From Eledone cirrhosa (taxonomy: Eukaryota): 64,000 bases of DNA. The stretch lies in the NCBI GenBank assembly GCA_964016885.1, contig OZ024741.1:406224001-406288000 (forward strand), given 5' to 3'. The notes beneath the pieces are model-generated. The model did no database searches, was not told the origin of the DNA, and was given only the letters and a program-made list of their open reading frames with translations. This document shows positions 13,526 to 25,360 of the stretch, piece after piece (the first letter of the stretch is position 1; every line of letters begins with the position of its first letter). A program made the translations under genes and the position numbers.

Positions 13526-14399
13526 TCAACGGTTGTAAAATATGCAGGTGTTATATCTGTTTATGTGAGTGATTGTTGAAAGGAATATTTTGGAAACAGG
13601 CGTGGCTGAGTGGGTAAGACATCTATTTCGCAATGATGAGGTCCGGAGTTCGATTCCAGATCATAGCAGCTTGGACAAGTGTATTTACCATAGCCTCGAA
13701 TCGATTCAAGTAAAACTGGACAGACAGAAAGTGTGTGGAAACTCGTCGGATTATCCTCTTGCATGTATTAAAAGTTGTAGTAGTAGTGGTGGTGGTGGTG
13801 GTGGTGGTAGTAGTGGTAGTGACTATGTTACTTGTAGTGATAGTTGTAGTGATAGTTATAGTGGTGTTGAACCCTAACCCTGGTGAACATTGATCAAAAT
13901 ATTCTTACCATGACCATTCCATCTATTTAGATATAGTTTCCTCCAGATAATATTATGCAATAAAGATTTCTTATTTTGAAGCTAATAAGGGATAGTTTGG
14001 TGATCGCAAAAAAGTATGATATAAGTTTTAGGGTCGTACGCCATGCTTTGCAGCATAGAGATACGCCCCTTTATGGTCTGAGTTAACTTTGCCTTTCATC
14101 CTTACAGGGTCGATAAAATAAAGTACCAGTAATATACTGGGATAATTGCTGGCCTTGTGCAAAAAGTAGAAACAATTATATTTTAATCATAGTTTGGTGA
14201 CCCTATGTTGGGAGCATAGTACCAGAATAATGGGTAACCATTACATAGTCACTTGACATGCTATAAATAAAAGCTACACCTTCTTAAATTCCTCTATATC
14301 ACTTAAGCTTTGACGCAACAAAATAGTTCGGCAATGCCGGTATAGTCACTACCCTCTCCGTCTCTCTCGCTCTACTCATCTCCCACTATTATAAGCAAA

Positions 14400-15110
14400 T
14401 GGGGGACCACCCGCTGGCTCCCCCGCGGGCCCGGTGAACATAATAGAGAAGGCGTTTCCCCAGAGGATGGTGAGGGATACGCGTTCGAAGAGCCATTGCA
14501 GTTCTTGACGCTCACGCATGCGGGTAGCCAACTCCGTGACGATGGTTGGGAGTTGAGAGGGGTCCTAGGGCCAAGGGCATCAGATGTCTCCACTGCTACA
14601 GGGTGCCGATGGTGGGCAGTAGGGAGGTGGTCCTAGGGCCAAGGGCACCAGATGTCTCCACTGCTACAGGGTGCCGATGGTGGGCAGTAGGGAGGTGGTC
14701 CTAGGGCCAAGGACACCAGAGATCTCCACTGCTACAGGGTGCCGATGGTGGGGAGTAGGGAGGTGGTCCTAGGGCCAAGGACACCAGAGGTCTCCACTGC
14801 TACAGGGTGCCGATGGTGGGGAGTAGGGAGGTGGTCCTAGGGCCAAGGACACCAGAGATCTCCACTGCTACAGGGTGCCGATGGTGGGGAGTAGGGAGGT
14901 GGTCCTAGGGCCAAGGACACCAGAGGTCTCCACTGCTACAGGGTGCCGATGGTGGGCAGTAGGGAGGTGGTCCTAGGGCCAAGGGCACCAGAGATCTCCA
15001 CTGCTACAGGGTGCCGATGGTGGGGAGTAGGGAGGTGGTCCTAGGGCAAAGGACACCAGAGGTCTCCACTGCTGCAGACTCGACCGCAAACCTTTCGGAA
15101 AGCGACCGAT
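14400..15110 (-). mobile_element. CRE-clade 3' fragment with internal 68-bp tandem amplification
   Basis: Unit translates VAVETSGALGPRTTSLLPTIG on the minus strand; starts at 14601, 14669, 14737, 14805, 14873, 14941 and 15009. Confidence 0.8.
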
Positions 15111-15364
15111 ATATATAAAAGATCCAGTCTTTGTCACATAAAGTATTACGCTGATTCTGCCTGAGAATTGCGTTAAGGATACACGTGCTTGTGTAATATT
15201 AAACCACTTACATGTTAATTTACGAGTCGAACGACTCAGTTCTCATTGTCAACACCGAATAATGATTTATCATTGACTGTTTGATATGGAGCTATATAGG
15301 TTTGTATATAGGTTTGTCTATGGAGAGAGTGTTAGCAGATCTGTGTATGTGTGCGTGTGTAAAC

Positions 15365-15454
<90 letters not shown>

Positions 15455-16287
15455 GGCTGTGTGTATATATGAGTATGTATGTATATATATATATATATAT
15501 TATACAGACACATACACACACACATGCAGACACACACGCCCACACAAACACACACACACAGACACACAAACACACACACATATATATACATAGTAAGAGA
15601 GAGAGGGAAAAAGATAGAGAGAGAGGGGATATAGAGTGGGAAAGAAAGAGAAAGAGACAGCTAGATAGATATCTGGTAGATGTGTGAGATATGTATGCAA
15701 CTATAGTTATAGGCGGTTCCTCGGTTATATCACCGAATGGTGTTAGGTGTGAGGTTTATATTTCAGTGTACTCCAGGGTTAACTACTGTGTATCTATACT
15801 TCAATGTATACGGGGGGTCTGCGCATGTAGGCGTACGTGTGTGTATACATAAATGGGTATGTGTCTGCATGTGTGTGTGTTTATGTGTGTATTTTAGTAT
15901 GTGTGGGTGCTTACCCTGAAGTGTGAGCAGACGTGTGAAGTACTGAACCCAGCATGACTCCATCGAAATGTGTCGGACTGAAAATGGTTGATGAACCGTG
16001 TGGCAGTAGATACTGACCAGAACTTGTGATGACGTGCAGTAAAAACAGCCAATGGCATGACAAGAGTGGAAATAGGGTTTTTTTAGGGTGTTTTTTGATA
16101 ACACCCCAGTAATAAAATTTGCTCCGGACGAAACACCCGTGTCTGAAAGAACCCGCAGAAGTAGAATCAGCCAGATCCATACAAGGACCATGTCTCGAGC
16201 TACATGCCGGTGAAACATTTGTAACACGAAATAAACTAAGTCCAGATGCATCACTGATTTTTCGTTTTTTTTTAATAATATATATAT

Positions 16288-17996
16288 ATATTTAATACAA
16301 TAACAGAGATAGCTTAACGCTAAACTCCGACTGGTAACCATCTCACTCAACAAACATTAGGTTATATGTTAGTATAACCCAATTTAAGTGTTTGGGGTGC
16401 TAACTATATGTATTTTATGGAAAGCCAGTTGTATTATTTTATGAGATATAATTAAAGTTAAAATATATCTCTCCTTCCAAACAATTGTTTCATTATAAGT
16501 TTTCTACAAATTGGGAGAATGTTTCCATTTTATGTAGAAGCCTAATATATATTCATGTAAGGATATATTTAGGTGGGCACTTATAAATCTACAGTGGAAG
16601 CCCATTAAACTTTGATATAAGAAAAAATTCTTACTGCAGTTAAAAATCGTGTCTGCTAAGCTGCTCCCTCACGCATCGAATGACCGCCAAATTTGAAATT
16701 CCAGCAGTCTTTTGACTGAGGAAGTTTCATAGCGTCACGAAGCGGGAAGGGGAGACAATCACAATACACGAGAAAAGAAAAAAATAATAATATACACTCG
16801 GGTTAATTAGTTTTTTCAAAAACATTATCAATCCAACGTGTTAAGAACTCAATTGAAATTAAAAAAATAAATGTATGTGTGTATTAATTACACACGCATA
16901 TAGATATTTTCTTAGGCTAAAAACAGAAGTGATACCAAAATAAGAAACCGCCTTCCATCACCGCAGCAAATACGGAAGGTTACGCTTTAAAGGCAATTGG
17001 GAATGTAAATCTCTGGCCAAATTAAGAGTAAAATATTTAATACACGCGGGTTAATTAGTTATTTAAAACTATTATCAATACCCACGTGTTAAGAACTCAA
17101 TTAATTTAAAAAAATAAATGTATGCATGTAATTATTTACACACGCATATATATATTTTTTCTTAGGCTAAAAACAAAGAAGTGACAACCAAAAAACCTCC
17201 ATATTTCACAACAGTAACAAATACGGAAAGTCCCCCTTATAATGTACCTGGAAATAAATAGCTCTGGCTAAATCAAGAGTAACATATTTAATACAATAAC
17301 AGAGATAGCTTAACGCTAAACTCCGACTGGTAACCATCTCACTCAACAAACATTAGGTTATATGTTAGTATAACCCAATTTAAGTGTTTGGGGTGCTAAC
17401 TATATGTATTTTGTGGAAAGCCAGTTGTATTATTTTATGAGATATAATTAAAGTTAAAATATATCTCTCCTTCCAAACAATTGCTTCATTATAAGTTTTC
17501 TACAAATAGGGAGAATGTTTCCAGTTTATGTAGAAGCCTAATATATATTCACGTAAGGATATATTTAGGTGGGCACTTATAAATCTTCAGTGGAAGCCCA
17601 TTAAACTTTGATATAAGAAAAAATTCTTACCGCAGTTAAAAATCGTGTCTGCTAAGCTGCTCCCTCACGCATCGAATGACCGCCAAATTTGAAATTCCAG
17701 CACTCTTTTGACTGAGGAAGTTTCATAGCGTCACGAAGCGGGAAGGGGAGACAATCACAATACACGAGAAAAGAAAAAAATAATAATATACACTCGGGTT
17801 AATTAGTTTTTTCAAAAACATTATCAATCCAACATGTTAAGAACTCAATTGAAATTAAAAAAATAGATGTATGCGTGTATTAATTACACACGCATATAGA
17901 TATTTTCTTAGGCTAAAAACAAAAGTGATACCAAAATAAGAAACCGCATTCCATCACCGCAGCAAATACCGAAGGTTACGCTTTAAAGGCAATTGG

Positions 17997-18000
<4 letters not shown>
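16288..18000 (-). mobile_element. 996-bp head-to-tail repeat (1.7 copies), probable PLE pseudo-LTR type, inserted in (TA)n
   Basis: tttaatacaataacagagatagc at 16291 and 17287; truncated third copy at 45450-45590, also next to (TA)n; strand inferred from a G.U hairpin. Confidence 0.65.
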
Positions 18001-18027
<27 letters not shown>

Positions 18028-18202
18028 ACTGAACAAAAAGGAAAAAACTAACACAGACATATATATATATGTGTTCAGATCGTAATGGACCAGAATCGCT
18101 AAGGTGAAAAAAATACTAACTACAGACAATAGGGTTTGCTGGACTCAATTTAAGAACAAATTAAGAAAAATAAATACAAACCAATATTGTGGTAACTACC
18201 AT

Positions 18203-18283
18203 CACCCAGACAGTCTTTGATAGAACCGTTTCGCAATATTATTTGTGAAGAAAAATACCAAATTCCAGGCTCATCAGTGGGTG
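18203..18283 (-). ncRNA. Type-I hammerhead ribozyme with long stem II
   Basis: Minus strand CACCCA-CTGATGA-GC..(34 nt)..GC-GAAA-CGGT...ACTG-TC-TGGGTG; 6-bp perfect stem I, GUC triplet. Confidence 0.8.
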
Positions 18284-18897
18284 TTGAAATTAGTATACTC
18301 CTCACTTCTACTTCTAAATCAAATAGAAAACTGGAAAGTGTGTGTATATATAACGCACATGGTTCCCGAACTTAGCGTGTTGCATAGACTTACGCCACTA
18401 AAAATAGCAGCCGGGTCTACACGACATTTGAAATAGCTCTACGAATTAATGGAGCCGAATATATCAAAAGCTTGTATTGAGTTAGAAACTCAAAATAGTC
18501 TCATTACAATATACACACACATACATACACATACACACATATACACATAGATATATATTCATTTTTTATTCAAACTTACGTAGCTCCGTTTAATTGATTA
18601 TTTGTCTAGTTAATTTCTACGGACTAAGAGGAAAGATGAGGTAAATCTTGTCTGACTGTTCCTCGCGGAGGAATATCCATAACATCTGTTATTTCTTCAA
18701 AGTTACATTTTAAACTTAGCTCCGTTTAATCGATTATTTATCTAGTTAATTTGTATGGACTAACGAGAAGAAAAAAAAATTGGATAAATTTTCTAATAAC
18801 TATTCTTCTAAACTTATAGTTTTATATATATATTTAATCTATATATAGTCGATAAGCTTCGTCTCTTGATTATATATATATATATGTGTGTGTGTGA

Positions 18898-18967
<70 letters not shown>

Positions 18968-19222
18968 GTGTCTGTGTGTATGTGCGTTTACATGGCTACA
19001 TTTGGGTATGTGTAAATATGTATACAAGTTGGTTCAGTTTCGATTACACACTGTATTTATACAGATTTAACTTTACATATATATATATTGTCTAAACGTA
19101 ATGTTATAACTCTAGGGTAATATATCCTAATGAGTGCTTAGCTGCACACCGAGATTGCATTCGTTAGCTTGGCTGCAACCAGACCTTCGATGATTCTGTA
19201 CTAAATTTTATATATATATTTA

Positions 19223-19256
<34 letters not shown>

Positions 19257-19339
19257 CGTTATTCCGGGTTGAATCGGAGGTAACCACAGTAAGTAAGGTA
19301 CTTAATACATTGCAGAGTATAACAGTTTTAATATAGATG

Positions 19340-19390
19340 AGATTCTACAGGACTAGAACTGTTTCATTCTTTAGAAATCATCAGGAATCT
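19340..19390 (-). ncRNA. Type-I hammerhead ribozyme
   Basis: Minus strand AGATTC-CTGATGA-T-TTC-TAAA-GAA-T-GAAA-CAG-TTCTAGTC-CTG-TA-GAATCT; all three stems pair, GUA triplet. Confidence 0.85.
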
Positions 19391-19564
19391 GGGTATCAAA
19401 AAATAAGTATGGTATTTATAGGTCTCTACAAGTGGTAGGAGAGGGTGGGGAGCGGGATGGGTGTAGGTCATTGGTTGATAGAGAAGGGAATTCATTAAAA
19501 GCTAATTCTACAAAGCTATAGTTTATTTTTATTTTTAGAGTAACAAAGGCAGAAAGAATTCTAT

Positions 19565-19750
19565 AAACAGGTTCAGGATGGGGTGCCACTCCTTATTAAT
19601 AAGTTTCTCTTAAGCTAACAGGTGTCTATAAGATAAGTGGGGGTCAGTCATGGTAGATAGATTGAAAGGAAAGGGAGATTCTTTAAAAGCTAAATTCTTT
19701 AAGGTTCTACTTAGTGACAAAGTTTTAGAGAATTCTGTAGACAAATTCAA
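19565..19750 (-). pseudogene. Decayed PLE endonuclease C-terminus
   Basis: Frameshifted RHLLA*EKLI..W.PILNL resembles the GIY-YIG terminal E..I...P.LN motif; lies 5' of the same-strand HHR. Confidence 0.4.
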
Positions 19751-20086
19751 AATATTGAGTGCATATCATACTATTATCTTCAAATTTCTCTTAAACTATT
19801 CAACTATATGCCAAAAATCAACAGACACATTCACAAACACACTCACTCACACACACGCGCGCACCCATAAACACACACACATACACATATACACATATAT
19901 ACACACACACATATATATGCTTTTATATTTATTTTTATTTCATTTCATTTTATTTTGATCATGTTTTATTTTTATTTTTATTTTTATTTTTAATTTCATT
20001 CAAACCGTTTCCTCCCACCCCTTTTCGCTATATGTCTCTCCACCACTCCCCTACATACCCGCTGAACTCTCTTCCCACACACTTCT

Positions 20087-20120
20087 CACCTGAGGAAGGG
20101 CTTATGCCCGAAACGTCGTT
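20087..20120 (+). ncRNA. Hammerhead core with intact stem II, cleavage side degenerate
   Basis: CTGAGGA-A-GGGC-TTAT-GCCC-GAAAC; no convincing stem I partner after an NUH triplet. Confidence 0.45.
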
Positions 20121-20206
20121 CCCCACCACCACCCCACTCTCCAGAGCGTGAAATTAATAAACATTCGTTGTACTGCCTCTCTGTTTTGTTCCTGTTCAAA
20201 TTTTCC

Positions 20207-20696
<490 letters not shown>

Positions 20697-20802
20697 ATAA
20701 TAATAAAATTGAAGACTAAAATCCAAAGAGGGCTCGATAAGGAAAATATATATCAAATATATAAGAACCGTAGAGCAAATATTTATTAAAATAACAGATT
20801 AA

Positions 20803-20853
20803 AGTTTAAGCAAAGAATCGCTGCTTTCACCCTTAACGGGATCTTCTGAAACT
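20803..20853 (-). ncRNA. Hammerhead fold, A4 core variant
   Basis: Inverted copy of 21977-22027. Confidence 0.6.
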
Positions 20854-21976
20854 AACAAAGTCAATCTGTAAACGCAGAACTGGATATTTCAAAAAACGTT
20901 GCAACCGGAGGAAGACAGGAAGACGATACTTTGGTTCGTGGTAACGTTCGCTGGCAAAGAACGGGAAAAAACGAATAATACGTCATTAATAGGAGCGGTG
21001 AAAAACAATTACGCGCAAAGACAAAACCACGTTTATGGTATAAAAGAGGTCGTAGACTAATGTTCTCTTAGGTGGTGCATAGAGACGTTCTCTGGCAATG
21101 AACGAAAAAACGAAGATAATAAGTCATATGTGGAGCGTGGAGAACAATAGCACGCAAAGACAAAATCACGTAAATGGTATAGCAAAAATCGTAGACTAAA
21201 ATTCTAACTAGGAGACCAAATGAATCTCCGCTACAGAGTTAAGAACAAAGTAAATAAATACAATACAGAAGTAATAGAAACAAATAAATACATCCACGCA
21301 AACAGATACGTACATACACAAGCATACGCAAAACCTTACCATGGGTATACAAAACCACGCACATATAAATATGCTTGTGTACAAATAAATAAATAATTAT
21401 ATAAACGTATATAAGTAAATAAATACGTATATAACAAGCGCACCCGCATACCTACATATGAATACACGAATGTTCGGAGACGTAAGTCAACTAAAACAAG
21501 AAGTACACATATACACACACACACCTGTTTGCGTGTATGTATTTATTTGTTTCTATTACTTCTGTATTGTATTTATTTACTTTGTTCTTAACTCTGTAGC
21601 GGAGATTCATTTGGTCTCCTAGTTAGAATTTTAGTCTACGATTTTTGCTATACCATTTACGTGGTTTTGTCTTTGCGTGCTATTGTTCTCCACGCTCCAC
21701 ATATGACTTATTATCTTCGTTTTTTCGTTCATTGCCAGAGAACGTCTCTATGCACCACCTAAGAGAACATTAGTCTACGACCTCTTTTATACCATAAACG
21801 TGGTTTTGTCTTTGCGCGTAATTGTTTTTCACCGCTCCTATTAATGACGTATTATTCGTTTTTTCCCGTTCTTTGCCAGCGAACGTTACCACGAACCAAA
21901 GTATCGTCTTCCTGTCTTCCTCCGGTTGCAACGTTTTTTGAAATATCCAGTTCTGCGTTTACAGATTGACTTTGTT

Positions 21977-22027
21977 AGTTTCAGAAGATCCCGTTAAGGG
22001 TGAAAGCAGCGATTCTTTGCTTAAACT
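21977..22027 (+). ncRNA. Hammerhead fold, A4 core variant
   Basis: AGTTT-CAGAAGA-T-CCC-GTTAA-GGG-T-GAAA-GCA-GCGATTCTT-TGC-TT-AAACT. Confidence 0.6.
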
Positions 22028-22043
22028 TTAATCTGTTATTTTA

Positions 22044-22084
<41 letters not shown>

Positions 22085-22151
22085 TATATATATACACATA
22101 CATATATATATATATACACATACACACATATATATATATATATATATACAT

Positions 22152-22188
<37 letters not shown>

Positions 22189-22470
22189 TACATATACATA
22201 CATATACACACACATACATGTGTACACATACACATACATACACATGCATACACATACATATACACACATACACACAAATATATACACATACAAATAAATA
22301 ATTACTCAATAAATATACGCATATACACAGGCACATAAAAAACAGCTCAACAGGCAGAAAATGCAGATAGGTAAGAGGTACTCACATAACCATAGTGGCC
22401 GTATTTCAGGTTGAGGAGGGGTGGGGTGGGGTGGGAAGGAGGTATAGGGGCCAATAGGAGGAGGTCGTTT

Positions 22471-22695
22471 TTAGCCATCGGGCTTTAACACTGGCTTAAA
22501 GTATTTGAAAGTTGCAAAGTTCTTGTGCATGTAGTTCGGGCAGTGTTCAGAGAGTTTGTTCAGTAGCGGGCCCTTGGCGAATAAGATTTCGTAGCTCTCT
22601 GAGATACAAAGGTCGCAGCCCTTGTGTCCTCCGTTGTAAGAGCGCGCTTTCTGGAGTATTTTCCATTTAAGCGTGAAGGGGGTGGAGTTCCTTTT
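22471..22695 (-). pseudogene. PLE endonuclease C-terminal fragment (probably Hydra-clade-like)
   Basis: LKWKILQKARSY...CDLCISE..I...LLNK.SE...MH; W, CxxC and LNK motifs. Confidence 0.7.
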
Positions 22696-22744
22696 GCAAG
22701 GTTCTGATACCATCAACACCATAAACACAGAGCTGGCATATCTA

Positions 22745-22800
22745 ACTGCATGATGAGGTCATAGCCATTCAATGGCTATCATCGAAATATATATAGCAGT
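22745..22800 (+). ncRNA. Hammerhead fold, A3 core variant, in inverted pseudo-LTR
   Basis: ACTGC-ATGATGA-GGTC-ATAGCCAT-TCA-ATGGCTAT-CATC-GAAA-TATATA-TA-GCAGT followed by aataaa. Confidence 0.6.
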
Positions 22801-22841
22801 AAATAAAGGATTATGAGTTCATACAATTGACTTATGTTTTG

Positions 22842-22909
<68 letters not shown>

Positions 22910-22912
<3 letters not shown>

Positions 22913-23359
22913 CAGAAAAGATAGTTTTTGGTAAAACAGGAGTAAGTAGGAGAAAGCTCGCAACAATCGTTGTTTTTAGTTACGATGGAGAATTTTATAA
23001 AAATAATAAAATAAGATGCTGAGGTTGCATATATCGTTTAATTGTTATAATTATTTCCACGGTTCCCCATGCAATCGAGATGTCCTTCATGCATTTGCTG
23101 TTGATTATGAGAACGGTTTCCTCAGAGGAAAACCGATATGTTTGACACGTCGCTGGCAGGAAAAAGCACACGTCCTATTGCTTAAGTGCCCAGCAGACAT
23201 ATGAGTTCCTTGAAGGGTTTGCCAGCCGTCATGTTTGCTAGAAATAGCTATCAACGAAAAAAACGAAAAACGAAAAATTGTGTGTAGCCAAAACCCAGTA
23301 GACAGTTGAAGCAATAAATGGAGCTCTGAGGGAGGGAGGGTGGGGTATATATTTTGTTG

Positions 23360-23436
<77 letters not shown>

Positions 23437-24821
23437 AATAACAGCAAACCGCCGACCAATATTGTCCACACTGGTCGCAATAGTCGTAGTGATATTACCA
23501 CCTTACTGACAACAACTAAAGCAACAGCTACAGTAAACACTTACAAAAACAACAACAACAACAGCAGCAAAAACACAGACCAGCGTCGTGTATACAGGTC
23601 GTAGTGGTCACAGTGACGGTACCACCCTGTCGACAATAACAACAATAACACCAAAGCAATAAAAAGGAGTTCAGAGGAAGGTGGGTACACAGAGTTGGTG
23701 GGATCAATAACCATGACCATATATAGCAACAACACCAATAGTAACGACAACAGACATCAACACCGCCCATCACACACCCCGTTCGTCGTAGTAGCGGTGG
23801 TATCATTTATATTAGTATTAAGCCCATTGGTAACACCAATAACAATAACAACAACACCAGTGATGATACCACCACGGCGACGGCGGCAACAGGAAAAAAG
23901 CCACGCTTCCATGAAAAACAGACTAACCACAATAGTCCGTTGAAACAAGGTAGAGAAAATGGGACAGAAACATAGATGGGTATTTATATAAATAAATACA
24001 GTTAATACAGTCCTCTCTATCAGTGTAAGGCACAAGGCTGGCAATAATTACAGTGCAGAAAAACAACTAACCACAATAGCATTCAGTGTTAACTACAGTG
24101 GCAACAATGCTATTAAAAGGGCTCTTAGGCTATGGAAGAGAGTTACGGGAAGTGAAAGTAGGGACAGGAACAAGCAGATAAGAAATCGAGAATACATATA
24201 GGGAACATAATAATAAAAGAACGGGACAAAAATACATTAAAAAAATAACAGTAGGTTTACAAACAGAGAATAAGGAACAAGGGACATGAAACATGGACAC
24301 ACAGAAACTCCAGGTGTGCAAACAAGATATCCAAAGTTCGCCTGACGCTGGGGTTGCTGTGTGGCCACGCCCGGCTTCCACGGTCAAGTTTGCAATAGTC
24401 TTCAACTAGTACAACTATGTTGTTAGTCCGTACAGTTTGAGGAAGGTTCCAGATGATCTGTGGAGGCAGATGCCGAAGAGGTTACTCCTTTTATTGATAG
24501 CTCGAGCTCCCCTCTCGATTATTTCCATAATCTCAGTGACACACAAATCGCACGAGTCATGTCCTACCCCTCTGTAGGGTTGGGCTGAGGCTACCTTGGA
24601 CCACGACAAGGTGTATTCTACGTCATCATGTCTGCTGGGCTCACAAGCAATAGGACGTGTGCTTTTTTCTGCCAGCGACGTGTCAAACATATCGGTTTTC
24701 CTCTGAGGAAACCGTTCTCATAATCAACAGCAAATACATAAAGGACATCTCGATTGCATGGGGAACCGTGGAAATAATTATAATGATTAAACGATATATG
24801 TAACCTCAGCATCTTATTTTG

Positions 24822-24822
<1 letters not shown>
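22910..24822 (-). mobile_element. 5'-truncated PLE with inverted pseudo-LTR
   Basis: 23005-23200 is inverted at 24627-24820; encloses an endonuclease C-terminus at 24415-24618; (TA)n on both sides. Confidence 0.75.
24415..24618 (-). pseudogene. PLE endonuclease C-terminal fragment (probably Hydra-clade-like)
   Basis: YTLSWSKVASAQPY...CDLCVTE..I...INKRSNLFGICLH. Confidence 0.7.
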
Positions 24823-24903
<81 letters not shown>

Positions 24904-25115
24904 CGTTTCTGAATTTGTTTAGCAAGATACTTTATCTGAAATCGTGTGTTGAAACCGATATTGTTATACTTTGGGAGGGTCATGTTGCCAATAAGAAACA
25001 CACGCACCAGTTGCTTTCACTTCAATTTATTATATATTTATAAATTTATAAGTTTATAAATCTATAAATTTCTGGTTGGTTGGTTGGTTCCACAATCAGA
25101 TAGTTGTTTATATAT

Positions 25116-25160
25116 AGTCATAGTTCTTTCGTCACACACTCTGTGACCTCTTCAGTGACT
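25116..25160 (-). ncRNA. Minimal type-I hammerhead ribozyme in PLE 3' pseudo-LTR
   Basis: Minus strand AGTCA-CTGAAGA-G-GTCACA-GAGTG-TGTGAC-GAAA-GAAC-TA-TGACT; 200 nt downstream of the GIY-YIG ORF stop. Confidence 0.75.
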
Positions 25161-25360
25161 GGGGATTCCTTTCTTTGTTTCTGTGCCTCTCCTTTGTTCT
25201 GTCCTACGCCATTTTGTTTCTGTGTGTGTGTTGTGTGCTCAGTCTGCGCATGCGCCACATCCGGGTGTCTGTGTGTGTTTATGTTCATTTATTTATTTGT
25301 TTATTTACATGTTACTGGTTGGTTGTTTGTTCTATGTGTGTGTGTGTTTTCATTTTGTCC

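Larger units (their letters stand above)
20695..22050. mobile_element. PLE-like element copy 2 with ~525-bp inverted duplication
   Basis: 20780-21310 is the reverse complement of 21526-22050; homologous to 2570-3410. Confidence 0.85.

Noticed and set aside
15911-16260. Possible minus-strand exon (ggtaag donor at about 15910) or plus-strand HHR halves (GAAACACCCGTGTC, GAAACATTTGTA)
   Set aside because: No recognisable protein similarity or partner exons; the HHR halves lack a convincing core and stem I; probably another TA-flanked element fragment
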